A stretch of 64,000 bases of DNA from an uncultured Pseudomonadota bacterium (lineage in GTDB: Bacteria > Myxococcota_A > Polyangia > Fen-1088): positions 64,001 to 128,000 of the forward strand of contig CAWKBC010000047.1 in NCBI GenBank assembly GCA_963847705.1, read 5' to 3'. The translations under genes and the position numbers were made by a program. Below are positions 30,318-41,408 of the stretch, piece by piece. The stretch's first letter is position 1. The number at the start of each line of letters is the position of its first letter. The notes beneath the pieces are model-generated. The model did no database searches. It worked only from the letters and a program-made list of their open reading frames with translations, and was not told the DNA's origin.

Positions 30318-33300
30318 ATGCGGAGCAAGCCGCGCGCGGTCTTCGTTGCAACGATCGGCCTCGGGCTCTGGACGGCTTCGGCCGCGCGGGCCCAGGCGCT
30401 GGCCCCTGCGGACCAGCAGCTCGTCCTTGCCGGTGCAGGCGCGGTGAAGATTCTGGTCCGAGGGACGGGGTGGGTCAGCGTCGGCCAACCGGCGCTGGCG
30501 GCCGCGGGCCTCAGCGCCGCTGCGGATCCGGCGTCCCTGCAGCTGTTCGCCGACGGGGTCGAGCAGGCCCTGACGGTGACGGGCAACGGCGACAACCAGT
30601 TCACCGCCGACGAGGCCATCGAGTTTTACGGCGTGGGCCGTGACACGGCCTGGACGGATGTCCGCACCTACTGGTTGCTGGTCGGTTCAGCTGGCGCGCG
30701 GGTCACCGTTCAAGCGGCGCCACCGGCGGGGGCGCCCGGCAGCGCGAGCTATCCGCACACCGAGGCGGTCGTCGGCCGGAGCATCTACGTGGCGGCCGTC
30801 CGGAACGGGGATGCCAGCAACTTCTTCGGCGCCGCGGTCTCGACCACACCGGTCACGATCACCGTGCCTGCTCCCAACCCGGATCCTTCGGCGGCGGTCC
30901 CCCCGGTCCTCAGCGTCGGCCTGCAGGGCGTGACCGCCACGGCGCACGCCGTGGACGTGACGCTGAACGGCCTGGCGCTGGGCACCTGCACCCTGCAGGG
31001 GGTGGCGGACACGACCTGCTCCTACCCGGCCACCGGCCTCCTCGCCGGAGCCAACAGCGTCACGCTGGCGGCCCATGATCCAACCGACTACACGGTCACC
31101 GAGACCATCTCGGTCAGCTATTCTCATCTCTACGCTGCCGACGGCGACAGCTTGGCCTTCACGGCGCAGGGCGGGTCGCGGGTCGACATCGGCGGCTTCA
31201 CCGAGGGCGACGTCCGGGTCATCGACGTCACGGACCCGACCAGGCCCATCCAGCTGGTCACCTCCGTCAGCGGCATGGGCAGCGCCGGCGCTTTCCACGC
31301 CGTGGTCGACGTTCCGGCCGGTGCGTCGTCCCGGGCGCTCTACGCCTTCACCGGCCCGAACGTCCTGGCCCCGGTCGCGGTGCAAGCCGACGCGCCCTCA
31401 CACTGGTCCACCCCGCAAGACGGAGAGCTGCTGATCCTTTCGCACGCTTCATTCCTGAGCGCGCTCGGGCCGTTGGTGGCCCGCCGCCAGGCGGAGGGCT
31501 GGCGGGTGCAACTGGTCGATCTGGCCGACGTCTATGACGAGCGGGGATTCGGCGACAAGAGCACCGATGCGGTCCGCGACTTCATCCAGGCGGCGCGCGC
31601 GACCTGGCCGGTTCCGCCCCGCTTCGTCCTGCTGGTCGGCGATGCCACGTTCGACCCGCGCAACTTCCTGGGCCTCGGAGACTTCGACTTTGCGCCGACG
31701 CCCCTCATCGACACCGCCAGCATGGAGACGGCGTCCGACGATTGGTTCGTGGACCCGAATCTGGACGGCATCCCGGAGCTGGCCATCGGGCGATGGCCGG
31801 TGCGCACCGCCGATCAGGCGGCGGCGGTGGTGGCCAAGACCCTGGGCTACGCGGGGCTCGCGGACCTCGGCCGGGGTGGTCTGTTCGTCAGCGACGAGGA
31901 CGATCCCACCGACCCGACTCTGGACTTCACCGCTGCCAGCGCCCAGGCGGCGGCGCAGGTCTCCGGCCAGATGTCCGCCGAGCTGTTCCGGCGTGCGGAT
32001 CCCGGGGCGACCGAAGCGGCGTTGGTCGACAAGCTCAACGCCGGCCCGTTCCTGGTGAACTACCTCGGGCATGGCTCGGTGGAGGTGTGGGACGACCTGC
32101 TGGACGACACCGCGGCCGGAGGGTTGAGCAACGGACATCCGTCGGTCTACGTCGTCATGAACTGCCTCAACGGATTCTTTCACGACCTCTACACGACCAG
32201 TCTGGCCGAAACACTGTTGGAGGCGCCGGGAGGTGCCGTCGCGGTGTGGGCCTCCTCCACTTTGGCCGATTTCACTCAACAACCGACGCTTGACCAGGAG
32301 TTCCTGATGGGAATTGGACGCGAGTCTCTCGGCGAGGCGGCCGTGGCCGCCAAGGGCGCCATCACCGACCTGGATGCGCGCCGGACCTGGCTGCTGTTCG
32401 GCGATCCCACGCTGCTGGGATCACCCTCCTCCCCCGCGGCGCCGGACGCGGGCTCGGTGGACGCGGCACCGCCGCACGACGCTGGTCGGCCCGACGCCGC
32501 CCAGACCACGGCGGACGGTGGGATGTCCGCTGCGGGCGGCCAGGATGCGGCGGGCGCCGGCGGTGGCAGCGGCGCGGCCGGCCGACCGGCCGACGCCGAT
32601 GCGGCGGCCGACGCCTCCCACGCTCCGGCGGGCGGTGGCGGATGTGACTGTGCGGTGGGCGACGGCGCCGCCGGCTCGGCCGGGTCGGCCGCGATGACGT
32701 TGCTGGGCCTGTGGGCGGCTGGCGCGCGCCGCCGCCGCGGCCATGGGCGTTCGCAAGGGAGGCGGCCTGGCCGGTGGTCCCGGCGGTGGTCGCAGCGGGC
32801 TTTGGCCGCGCTGGTGCTGGCGCTCGGCGTGACGGCCGGTGCGCAGGCCCAGGCGGCCTACGGCTTCCGCATGGACCTCACGCTCGACCGCACGCGCGTC
32901 GGCAACACCGGCGCACCCCCCACGTTGTCGAACTATCCGCTGCTGCTCGACATCACCAGCGCGAACCTGAGGACCGCGGTGAACGGCGGGCACGTGCAGA
33001 ACGCCAACGGCTACGACATCACCTTCGTCGGCACCGACACCACCACCTGCGGCGGCGCCTCGTCCTGCACGTTCAACTACGAGATCGAATCCTACTCGGC
33101 CAGCACCGGGCGCGTGATCGCCTGGGTCGAGATCCCGGGGCTGAAGACCATCTCGTCCACCTCGAACCAGATCATCACCGTCGAGTACGGCGACGCCACG
33201 ATCTCGTCGCCGACCCAGAACGTGAACGGCACCTGGGAGACGAACTTCAAGGCCGTCTGGCACATGAGCCAGTCGAGCAGCCCGGCCAGCGATTCGACCT

Positions 33301-35924
33301 CGACCGGCGCCAGCGCCTCGTTCAATGGTTCGCCCACGCCCGCCACCGCCGCGGGATTGATCGGGTCCGCCCTCAGCACCAGCGGCACCACCGGGGCTGG
33401 ATACCTCGATTACCGCTCGGCGACGTTCACCTGGGCTTCGACGGACACGTTCACTTACGAAGGGTGGTTCGAGACCAGCGACTCGTTTGGCCCTCTCTTC
33501 TCTCAGCGTGACAACGGCGCGGGCAATCCGGACATCGACATCACCATCGGGTACAACGGGGCCACCACCAGCGCGGGGACGATGTCCGTGCTGGTCCGCG
33601 ACGATGGGAGCACGACCTACGCCCAGGTGAACGGCGCCACGGCCCTCAATGACGGCAACTGGCACCACTTCGCCGTCACCCGCACCGGGGGCACCGTTCA
33701 GGTCTACGTGGACGGCGCTTCGATTGGGTCGTCGACTGACGCGGGCGCCAGCGGCAGCATCACCACCGACGCCTCGGGCGATTACCAGAACATCGGGCGG
33801 GAGGGGTACTGGGTCCAGACCGGCTATGGCAACGCCGACGAGCAATATCTGGCGGGGACCTTCGACGAATTCCGCATCTCGAACACGCTGCGCTCAGACG
33901 ACTGGATCGTCACCGACTACAACACGATGAAGTCTCCTTCGTCGACCTACACCCTGGGCGGCGAGGTGCCGACCAGTTGCGGCGATGGCACCAAGGTCGC
34001 CGGCGAGGCTTGCGACGACGGCAACATCGTCAGCGGCGACGGCTGCAGCGGCACGTGCACGATCGAGGCCGGTTACACCTGCGTGGGGACGATGCCCAGC
34101 GTCTGCTCCACCACCTGCGGCGACGGGATCGTGGCCGGCAGCGAACAGTGCGACGACGGCGGCACGGTCAGCGGCGACGGCTGCAGCAGCACCTGCACCG
34201 TCGAGAGCGGGTATCACTGCAGCGGCACGCCCAGCGTCTGCACCGCCGCCTCCGAGTTCAGCTACTACAAGACCATCAGCGTCGATCGAACCAAGGTGGG
34301 AACGGCGTCCGGTCCCACGACCTTGAGCAACTATCCGTTCCTGTTCAGCGTGACCGACAGCAGCCTGATGACCGTGGCGAACGGCGGCCGGGTGCAGAGC
34401 GCCAATGGCTACGACATCATCTTTCGCGGGATCGACGCCACCACCTGCGGCGGAACCACCGCCTGCACCTTCTCGCACGAGGTTGAACAGTACAACGGGA
34501 GCACCGGCCAGCTCATCGCCTGGGTGAACATCCCCGTCCTCAACACACAGACCAACAGCTCCAACACGTCGTTCGAGATCCTGTTCGGAAACGCCGGCAT
34601 CACGACCAGCACCGAGCGGGTCCCCTACACCTGGGACTCGAACTTCTCCGGGATCTGGCACCTCGGCCAGGATCCCACCGGGACGGCGCCGCAGATGACG
34701 GACTCGACGTCGAACGCCAACAACGGAACGTCCGCCAGCGCCACCCGGACCACCGGTGAGATCGGCTCGGGGGTGGCCACGGACGGAGCGACCAGCTACG
34801 TCTCGTTCAATTCTGGGTCGTCGCTCAACGTCGGCAGCGGAAACAGCTTCACCTACTCGGCGTGGGTCAAGACCACCGACGCCACCGGTGCCATCTTCTC
34901 GCTGCGGTCGAGCACCAACAGCAACCCGGTCCTCGACATCATGGTGGGCATGGACGGAGCCTCGACCAACGCGAGCCACCTGATGACCCTGGCGCGCGAT
35001 GACAGCGGCAGTGGGCTGGGCGACGCCGTCGAGACCTCGGCGCCCCTCAGCGACGGCAACTGGCACCTGGTGAACGTCACCCGCAGCGGCACCACCCTGA
35101 ACATCTACGACAACACCACCTTGGCCGGAACGGCCACCATCACCGCGTCGTCGATCTCGAGCGACCTGCGCGACCTCGGGACCGAGGGGCGCTGGGTGCA
35201 GGACAGCTACACCAGCGGTCCGAACGAATACCTGGCCGCCACGTTCGACGAGCTTCGCGCCTCGACCACCGCGCGCTCGCTCGACTGGATCACCACCGAC
35301 TACAACAACCAGTCGTCGCCCTCGACCTTCATCAGCTACACGCTGGGGTCGGCCGGCGAGGTGACGACCGACTCGCACACGGAAGCCGCCATCGTTTCTC
35401 TGCAGGCGACCGACAACTGCCCGGGGACCCTGATCGCCTGGCGGACCGGGTACGAGATCGACGCCCTCGGCTTCAACGTCTACCGGGAGCTGGGCGGCCA
35501 GCGCGTGCGCCTGAACGCCAGCCTCCTGCCCGCCCAGGGGATCACGGGCGGCGGCGGGTTCTCCTATCAGTTCACCGATGCGGCGTCGGCCAATCCGTCG
35601 CGCACCTACTGGGTCGAGGAGGTGCGGTTCAGCCTGGACAGTGATTGGTACGGGCCGGTCGGGCCCATTGCCGGCCCGGCCTGCGGGACCGGGACCGTCG
35701 TCCCAACCGGCCCGACCTATGGCAGCAGCAGCAGCCCCACGCCGGTGGTCGCCGCCTCGCCGCCGGCGGAAGCCGGGACGGCGGGTGGTTGCACCGTCGG
35801 GGGCCGCACCCCCACCTCCTGGCTGGCGTTCCTGGCCGCCGCGGTCTTCCTGCTGGGCGCGGGCCTGCGGCGGCCGCGCGCCGCCGCCGCCCGGCAGACC
35901 CGGCGCTCGCAAAGAGAGAATTGA
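30318..35924 (+). CDS. Giant surface protein: C25 (gingipain-family) peptidase + internal MYXO-CTERM + signal-like segment + 2x DUF2341/LamG + Myxococcus Cys-rich repeats + terminal MYXO-CTERM
   Basis: [25 protein letters not shown] (His), MNCLNG (Cys), LFGDP; LamG DGNWHH and FDEFRIS; two CGDG...CDDG...GDGC repeats; GGC-TM-RR tails. Alternative start at 30294. Confidence 0.88.
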   Translation: MRSKPRAVFVATIGLGLWTASAARAQALAPADQQLVLAGAGAVKILVRGTGWVSVGQPALAAAGLSAAADPASLQLFADGVEQALTVTGNGDNQFTADEAIEFYGVGRDTAWTDVRTYWLLVGSAGARVTVQAAPPAGAPGSASYPHTEAVVGRSIYVAAVRNGDASNFFGAAVSTTPVTITVPAPNPDPSAAVPPVLSVGLQGVTATAHAVDVTLNGLALGTCTLQGVADTTCSYPATGLLAGANSVTLAAHDPTDYTVTETISVSYSHLYAADGDSLAFTAQGGSRVDIGGFTEGDVRVIDVTDPTRPIQLVTSVSGMGSAGAFHAVVDVPAGASSRALYAFTGPNVLAPVAVQADAPSHWSTPQDGELLILSHASFLSALGPLVARRQAEGWRVQLVDLADVYDERGFGDKSTDAVRDFIQAARATWPVPPRFVLLVGDATFDPRNFLGLGDFDFAPTPLIDTASMETASDDWFVDPNLDGIPELAIGRWPVRTADQAAAVVAKTLGYAGLADLGRGGLFVSDEDDPTDPTLDFTAASAQAAAQVSGQMSAELFRRADPGATEAALVDKLNAGPFLVNYLGHGSVEVWDDLLDDTAAGGLSNGHPSVYVVMNCLNGFFHDLYTTSLAETLLEAPGGAVAVWASSTLADFTQQPTLDQEFLMGIGRESLGEAAVAAKGAITDLDARRTWLLFGDPTLLGSPSSPAAPDAGSVDAAPPHDAGRPDAAQTTADGGMSAAGGQDAAGAGGGSGAAGRPADADAAADASHAPAGGGGCDCAVGDGAAGSAGSAAMTLLGLWAAGARRRRGHGRSQGRRPGRWSRRWSQRALAALVLALGVTAGAQAQAAYGFRMDLTLDRTRVGNTGAPPTLSNYPLLLDITSANLRTAVNGGHVQNANGYDITFVGTDTTTCGGASSCTFNYEIESYSASTGRVIAWVEIPGLKTISSTSNQIITVEYGDATISSPTQNVNGTWETNFKAVWHMSQSSSPASDSTSTGASASFNGSPTPATAAGLIGSALSTSGTTGAGYLDYRSATFTWASTDTFTYEGWFETSDSFGPLFSQRDNGAGNPDIDITIGYNGATTSAGTMSVLVRDDGSTTYAQVNGATALNDGNWHHFAVTRTGGTVQVYVDGASIGSSTDAGASGSITTDASGDYQNIGREGYWVQTGYGNADEQYLAGTFDEFRISNTLRSDDWIVTDYNTMKSPSSTYTLGGEVPTSCGDGTKVAGEACDDGNIVSGDGCSGTCTIEAGYTCVGTMPSVCSTTCGDGIVAGSEQCDDGGTVSGDGCSSTCTVESGYHCSGTPSVCTAASEFSYYKTISVDRTKVGTASGPTTLSNYPFLFSVTDSSLMTVANGGRVQSANGYDIIFRGIDATTCGGTTACTFSHEVEQYNGSTGQLIAWVNIPVLNTQTNSSNTSFEILFGNAGITTSTERVPYTWDSNFSGIWHLGQDPTGTAPQMTDSTSNANNGTSASATRTTGEIGSGVATDGATSYVSFNSGSSLNVGSGNSFTYSAWVKTTDATGAIFSLRSSTNSNPVLDIMVGMDGASTNASHLMTLARDDSGSGLGDAVETSAPLSDGNWHLVNVTRSGTTLNIYDNTTLAGTATITASSISSDLRDLGTEGRWVQDSYTSGPNEYLAATFDELRASTTARSLDWITTDYNNQSSPSTFISYTLGSAGEVTTDSHTEAAIVSLQATDNCPGTLIAWRTGYEIDALGFNVYRELGGQRVRLNASLLPAQGITGGGGFSYQFTDAASANPSRTYWVEEVRFSLDSDWYGPVGPIAGPACGTGTVVPTGPTYGSSSSPTPVVAASPPAEAGTAGGCTVGGRTPTSWLAFLAAAVFLLGAGLRRPRAAAARQTRRSQREN

Positions 35925-35950
35925 CAAAAAGCGCACGGCCGCTCGACAAT
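35921..35950 (+). promoter_or_regulatory. Putative sigma70 promoter for the response regulator
   Basis: TTGACA-N18-GACAAT, overlapping the upstream stop codon. Confidence 0.45.
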
Positions 35951-35999
35951 CACGCTCGTCCGTCTGGGGGGAGGCGGCTTTAGCGAAAGGCTATCTCCC

Positions 36000-36707
36000 T
36001 TGGCGCAAAGAAAGAAAACCGGGCGCTCCGATGGCGCCGGCACCGTCGGCGACGAGATCGGATCGATCGTTCACGATCTCCGCAACGTCTTCTCGGCCAT
36101 CCGTGGATTCGCCACGGTCGTCGGCGAGGAGCTGCGCCCGGGCGATCCGTCGCGGGACGACATCGAACAGATCCTGAAGGCGGTGGATCGCGGCGTCACC
36201 GTGTCGCACCGGCTCTCGGCGTTGCGCCCGCGCGACAGCGTGACACCGAAGCCGATCGAGGCCTTGCCGGCGCCGGTCGACGTCAATCTGGATTTCGAGC
36301 AGTCGGACTCCTGGGCGCTGCAGCAGCCGAAGCGGTCGGCCAGCGTGCTGGTGGTCGAGGACGACGATCTGTTGCGACCGATGATCGTGCGCGTGCTGCG
36401 CCGGAATGGCTACGCCACGCTGGAGGCGTCCAACATCACCGAGGCCGAGGAGCAGGCCCTCGCGCACGGCAAGGCGGTCGACCTCTTGCTGCTGGACGTC
36501 GGGTTGCCGGGGGCGAGCGGGCCCGAGATCGCCGAGCGTCTCAAGCAGCAGTGCCCCACGGTGAAGGTGCTGTTCATCAGCGGCTTCGGCCGAAAGGCGC
36601 TGGCGGAGCGCGGCGTCCGACCCGGCCCAGGCCTCCTCGAAAAGCCCTTCGCCCCGCTCACCTTGCTCGAGCGCATCGAAGCCATCCTGGCCCCCGGAAG
36701 CTCGTAG
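36000..36707 (+). CDS. Response regulator with N-terminal HisKA (no ATPase domain)
   Basis: H-box VHDLRNVFSAIRGF; receiver VLVVEDD...LLLLDVGLPG...ISGF...LEKPF. Confidence 0.85.
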   Translation: MAQRKKTGRSDGAGTVGDEIGSIVHDLRNVFSAIRGFATVVGEELRPGDPSRDDIEQILKAVDRGVTVSHRLSALRPRDSVTPKPIEALPAPVDVNLDFEQSDSWALQQPKRSASVLVVEDDDLLRPMIVRVLRRNGYATLEASNITEAEEQALAHGKAVDLLLLDVGLPGASGPEIAERLKQQCPTVKVLFISGFGRKALAERGVRPGPGLLEKPFAPLTLLERIEAILAPGSS

Positions 36708-36721
36708 CAGAGGCTCTCCCA

Positions 36722-38035
36722 TCAAGATCGTCCGAGGGCCAGGCAGAGAGCGGCGCGAGCGGTGGCGAGGTCGTACTGGGCGCCGACCTCCTGCGCGCCG
36801 GCCAGCTCCGCGGCCAGCTCCGCGTCGCTCAGCTCGATGATGCTTCCGACGCCGGCGGCGTAGCGTCCGTCGGCCATCCGCAGCCGCGCCTGGGCGCCCT
36901 TCAGCGCCTCCCCCGAGGCGACCAGGGCCTCCAGCGAGGCGCGCACCCCGAGCACGGCCTGCTCGACCGCCACCCAGACCTGCTGCACGAGCGCGTCGTG
37001 CTGGGCGTGCAGGCCGTCGAGCGTGGCGTTGGCCTCGTGCACGAGCCCGTGGGTGAGGAGGCCCTGAAACACCTCCCAGGTGAGCTGGACACCGCCGAAG
37101 ATGTTCCAGGCCATCCCGCCGTAGGGCACCACCTGCCCGAAGTTGTCGAGGACGTGCGACTTTTCGAACGACTGCCCTGCGGTCTCGGCGCCCGCCACCG
37201 CGCTCAGGGTCGGCCAGTAGCTGTCACGCGTGGCCTTCACGGTCAGCTCCTGCGCGTGGATCTGCGCCTCCATCGCGGCGAGGTCGGGGCGCGCCCGGAT
37301 CGCCTCTTCGATGAGCGCTCCGACTCCGCTCGCCTCGCCCGGCTGCGGCTGCAGCGTCGCGTCGGCGACATCGTAGTCGGTGTCACCGGTGGTGCCCATC
37401 GCCTGGTTCAGCTCGGCGCGCGCCACCGCATAGCTGTTCTCCGAGCGGATCACCTGGACGCGTGCGTTGGCCTCGTCGGCCACCGCCTGCGCCAGATCGA
37501 TGTCGGGCCGCGTGCCTGCGTGGACGAAGCCACGAATCTGCTCGAGGTGGCGCTGCCGGTTGCCGAGCGTCTGGCGCGCCACCGCCACCAGCGCCTTCTG
37601 GGCGTCGGCGCGGAAGTACGCCGTCCGCACGTCGGCGATCGCCTGCAGCCGCATCGCCCGCGCGGTGTCACCGAGCGCGACCGCCCGGGCCTTGGCCGCC
37701 CGCCAGCGGTTGGGCGCCTGGCCGAAGTCCCACAGCAGTTGATTGATCGAGGCCTGACCGTCGTACCAGTTGAAAGAGTCGAAGGTGTTGCCGTAGTTGT
37801 TGGTGTGCCCCGGCTTCTGCGGACGGTTGCCGGTGGTCCGCTCGTAGAGCCCCTCGAGCTTCACCTGCGGCAAGAGCGGCGCCCGCGCCTCCTCGTTGCG
37901 CGCCAGGCCGGCCGCCACGTTGGCGTCGGCCAGGTGAATGTCGGGCCGCTGGGCGGCGGCGGCGCGCTCGGCCTCCTCCAGCGTGACGGTGCGGGCGGTG
38001 AGCGCCAGCAGCAGGGTGGCGGCCGGGATCATCAT
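36722..38035 (-). CDS. TolC family outer membrane efflux protein
   Basis: ATG at 38035, LLPQV, QLLWDFG, RYAAGVGSIIEL. Confidence 0.9.
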   Translation of the reverse strand: MMIPAATLLLALTARTVTLEEAERAAAAQRPDIHLADANVAAGLARNEEARAPLLPQVKLEGLYERTTGNRPQKPGHTNNYGNTFDSFNWYDGQASINQLLWDFGQAPNRWRAAKARAVALGDTARAMRLQAIADVRTAYFRADAQKALVAVARQTLGNRQRHLEQIRGFVHAGTRPDIDLAQAVADEANARVQVIRSENSYAVARAELNQAMGTTGDTDYDVADATLQPQPGEASGVGALIEEAIRARPDLAAMEAQIHAQELTVKATRDSYWPTLSAVAGAETAGQSFEKSHVLDNFGQVVPYGGMAWNIFGGVQLTWEVFQGLLTHGLVHEANATLDGLHAQHDALVQQVWVAVEQAVLGVRASLEALVASGEALKGAQARLRMADGRYAAGVGSIIELSDAELAAELAGAQEVGAQYDLATARAALCLALGRS

Positions 38036-39276
38036 TCGTACCGCAGCGCCATGATCGGATCGAGGCGCGAGGCCTTGCGCGCCGGGTAGAGGCCAAAGCC
38101 GATGCCGACCGCGGCCGAAAAGCCCACCGCCAGCGCGATCACCTCGGGACGGATCAACATCGGCCAGCCGAAGCGGACCGCCAGCCTCTCCGCGGCGACC
38201 AGGCCCAGCGTCACGCCGAGGAGGCCCCCCGCCAGCGACAGCGCCAGCGCCTCGGCCAGGAACTGCAGCAGGATGTGGCGGCGCTTGGCCCCCACCGCCA
38301 CCCGCACGCCGATCTCGCGGGTCCGCTCGGTGACGCTGACCAGCATGATGTTCATGATCCCGATCCCGCCCACCAGCAACGACACCGCCGCGATGCTGGC
38401 CAGCAGCATGGTGAGCGCCTGGGTGCTCTCCTCCTTGCGCGAGGCGGTCTCGGTCAGGTTCTTGATCGAGAAGTCGTCCTCGCCGCCCAGCGCGATCCCG
38501 TGGCGATCGCGCAAGAGCGCCGCCACCTTGTCGGCGATCTCGGTCGTCTGATCGTCCGAGTCGACCTCGATCATGATCGTGCCGGGGATGAACTTCTGCA
38601 GACCGCCCTGGATCTTGGCCAGGAAGGTGGTCACGGGGACGAAGACCACGTCGTCGTAGTCGCCGCCGCCGGCCGACTGCCCCTTGCGCTCGGCGACGCC
38701 GGCCACCTGGAAGGGGACGTTCTGGATGCGCACGATCTGTCCGGTCGGATCGGAGTTGGCCCCGAAGAGGCGCTCGGCGACCGTCTGACCGAGGACCACC
38801 ACCTTGGCGCCCGAGTCGGCCTGCTCGGGTGTCAGGCCGGGGCCAAGGCGCATCGGCCAGTTGCGGATCTCGAAGAACTCCGGCGTCGTGCCGTCGATGA
38901 CGGTCAACCAGTTGCGATCTTCGGCGACGACTTGCCCGGTGGTGTGGACCCGCGGCGCCACGAACTTCACGTCGGCGACGTCGGTCTTGATGGCGCGCAG
39001 ATCGTCCCAGGTCAGCGTGGGGAGCGTGCCGGCCCCGGCCTTGGCGCCGCCGGCGGTCTTGGCGCCCGAGGAGACGATGAGGACGTTGGTCCCCATCGAG
39101 GCGAAGGCCTGCTCGACGCGCGCGCGCGCCCCTTCGCCGATGGCCACCATGGCGATGACGGCCGCCACCCCGATGATGATGCCGAGCGCGGTGAGGAACG
39201 AGCGCAGCTTGTTGCGCAGGAGCGCCCGCCCCGCCACCCGGACGACGTCTCCGGCGCGCATCTGGCTGACCGTCAC
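38032..39276 (-). CDS. MacB-type ABC transporter permease
   Basis: RSFLTALGIIIGVAAV, GGIGIMNIMLVSVTERTREIG, PARKASRLDPI. Confidence 0.95.
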   Translation of the reverse strand: MTVSQMRAGDVVRVAGRALLRNKLRSFLTALGIIIGVAAVIAMVAIGEGARARVEQAFASMGTNVLIVSSGAKTAGGAKAGAGTLPTLTWDDLRAIKTDVADVKFVAPRVHTTGQVVAEDRNWLTVIDGTTPEFFEIRNWPMRLGPGLTPEQADSGAKVVVLGQTVAERLFGANSDPTGQIVRIQNVPFQVAGVAERKGQSAGGGDYDDVVFVPVTTFLAKIQGGLQKFIPGTIMIEVDSDDQTTEIADKVAALLRDRHGIALGGEDDFSIKNLTETASRKEESTQALTMLLASIAAVSLLVGGIGIMNIMLVSVTERTREIGVRVAVGAKRRHILLQFLAEALALSLAGGLLGVTLGLVAAERLAVRFGWPMLIRPEVIALAVGFSAAVGIGFGLYPARKASRLDPIMALRYE

Positions 39277-40040
39277 GGCGCCACCGCCCGGGGGTGCGCC
39301 GCGGCGCGGACCGCCAGGTCCGCCTCGGTCCGGCGGTCGTCTTCAATGCGGCTGTCGCGTTCGATGAGCCCGTCGCGCACGACGATGACCCGGCGCGCGT
39401 GGGCGGCGATGTCGGGCTCGTGGGTGACGAGGACGATGGTCATCCCCTCCTCGCCCAGCTGCTGCAGCAGCGCCATCATCTCCAGGCTGGCGTGCGAGTC
39501 GAGGTTGCCGGTCGGCTCGTCGGCCAGGATGAGGCGCGGCCGGTTGACCAGCGCGCGCGCGATCGCCACCCGCTGCTGCTGCCCGCCCGACAGCTGGCTC
39601 GGGTGATGGTGGAGCCGCTCACCGAGGCCGACCCGCTCCAGCGCCTCCTTGGCCCGGGCCCGCCGCAGCGCCGGGCGCAGGCCGGTGTAGACCAGCGGCA
39701 GCTCGACGTTCTCCAGCGCCGTGGTGCGCGCCAGCAGGTTGAAGCTCTGGAACACGAAGCCGAGGGTCTGGCTGCGCACCTCGGCCAGCGCGTCGGCGTC
39801 GAGGCGCGACACCTCCGCGCCGTCGAGGAAATACTCGCCGGTCGAGGGGCGGTCGAGGCAGCCAAGGACGTTCATCAGCGTCGACTTGCCCGAGCCCGAG
39901 GCCCCCATGATGGCGGCGAACTCACCCACGCCGATCTGCAGGCTCACGCCCCGCAGCGCGTGCACGTCGAAGTCCCCCATCCGGTAGGTCTTGGTCACGC
40001 CGGTGATCGCGACGAGCGCCGACGCGTCGGCGTCGTCCAT
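39273..40040 (-). CDS. MacB/LolD-type ABC ATP-binding protein
   Basis: GASGSGKST, LSGGQQQRV, ADEPTGNLD, VTHE. Confidence 0.96.
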   Translation of the reverse strand: MDDADASALVAITGVTKTYRMGDFDVHALRGVSLQIGVGEFAAIMGASGSGKSTLMNVLGCLDRPSTGEYFLDGAEVSRLDADALAEVRSQTLGFVFQSFNLLARTTALENVELPLVYTGLRPALRRARAKEALERVGLGERLHHHPSQLSGGQQQRVAIARALVNRPRLILADEPTGNLDSHASLEMMALLQQLGEEGMTIVLVTHEPDIAAHARRVIVVRDGLIERDSRIEDDRRTEADLAVRAAAHPRAVAP

Positions 40041-41332
40041 CAGAAGAGCCCGCCCTTGGTCTTGGCCCTGGCCTCGGCGCGCTCGTTCTTGTCGAGCGCG
40101 TCGGTGACGATGACATCCCCTTCGGCCAGCTCGCCGCCCTTCACCTCGACGTTGCTCCCGTCGGCCACGCCCACCTCGATCGGCACCGCGACCAGCCGTT
40201 CCTCGCGCACCGCCCAGACCGTGCGGTGCGGACCGGGACCCTCCGCTGCGTCGTTGCCCGCCTGTGCCTTGCCATTCGCGCCCGCGCCGGCCAGCGGGTG
40301 CTCCTTGGCTTTCTCCTTCTTGTGCTTCTTGGCAGGCGCGGCCAGGCCCGACTCGGCCAGCAGCTCAGGTGGCGGCAGGAAGCGCAGCGCCGCGCTGGGA
40401 ATGCGCAGCACCCCTTTGTGCGCGGCGTAGACGAAGGTGACGTTGGCGGTCATCCCCGGCTTCAGCCGGTGGTCGGGGTTGTCGACGTCGATGACGGCGT
40501 CGTAGGTCACCACGTTCTGCAGGGTCTGCGGCGCGTCGCGGATCTGCCGGATGACGCCCTTCCATCGCTCGTCGGGGTAGGCGTCGACCACGAAGGTGGC
40601 CGGCATCTCGGGCGCCAGGCGCCCGACGTCGGCCTCGCTGACCGCCGCGTGCACCTGCATCTTCCCGAGATCCTCGGCGATCGTGTAGAGCGTCGGCGCC
40701 TGCAGCGAGGCCGCGACCGTCTGCCCGACGTCGACGTTGCGCGAGATGACCACGCCGTTGATCGGCGAGATGACCGTGGTGTAGCCCAGGTTCACCGTCG
40801 CCTGGTGGAGGTTGGCGCGCGCCTGCTCCAGATCGCCGCGCGCCGTATCGACCGCCGCGGCCGACGAGGCGGCTTGCAGCTCGGCGGAGTCGAAGTCGGC
40901 GGCGGCGATCAGGTTCTTCGATTTCAGCTCCTGCGCGCGGGCCAGCTGCTTCTTGGCGTTGTCGGCCTTGGTGATCGATTCGTGCAGGGCCCCGGCGGCG
41001 GCGTCGCGGTTGGCGCGTGCCTGCTCCGCTGCGGCTTGAAAGAGCTGCGGGTCGAGCCGGGCGATCACCTGCCCGCGCGTCACCCGCTGGCCGAAGTCGG
41101 CGTAGAGATTGGTGATGCGCCCCGAGACCTGGCTGCCGACCTGCACGGTGACCAGCGCCGACAGCGCACCGGTCGCGGTGACGCGCCCGACGACGTCGCC
41201 GCGCTCGACGCGCGACTTCTCCAGATGAAAGGCCGATCGGTGCGCGCTGAAGCGGGCTCCGAACGCCACCCACCCCCCGCCCGCGCAGACCACCGCCAGG
41301 AGGCCCACCAACACTCCCACCCGCCGACTCAT
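40040..41332 (-). CDS. MacA-type periplasmic adaptor subunit
   Basis: VGSQVSGRI, SPINGVVI, GQTVAASLQAP, LKPGMTA. Confidence 0.94.
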   Translation of the reverse strand: MSRRVGVLVGLLAVVCAGGGWVAFGARFSAHRSAFHLEKSRVERGDVVGRVTATGALSALVTVQVGSQVSGRITNLYADFGQRVTRGQVIARLDPQLFQAAAEQARANRDAAAGALHESITKADNAKKQLARAQELKSKNLIAAADFDSAELQAASSAAAVDTARGDLEQARANLHQATVNLGYTTVISPINGVVISRNVDVGQTVAASLQAPTLYTIAEDLGKMQVHAAVSEADVGRLAPEMPATFVVDAYPDERWKGVIRQIRDAPQTLQNVVTYDAVIDVDNPDHRLKPGMTANVTFVYAAHKGVLRIPSAALRFLPPPELLAESGLAAPAKKHKKEKAKEHPLAGAGANGKAQAGNDAAEGPGPHRTVWAVREERLVAVPIEVGVADGSNVEVKGGELAEGDVIVTDALDKNERAEARAKTKGGLF

Positions 41333-41408
41333 GTGACGACGACCACCACCCCAAGCTAAAGCCGGACGGTCGTCGGTAAAGGGGCGGGATGCCCCTGCGG
41401 CCTACGGC

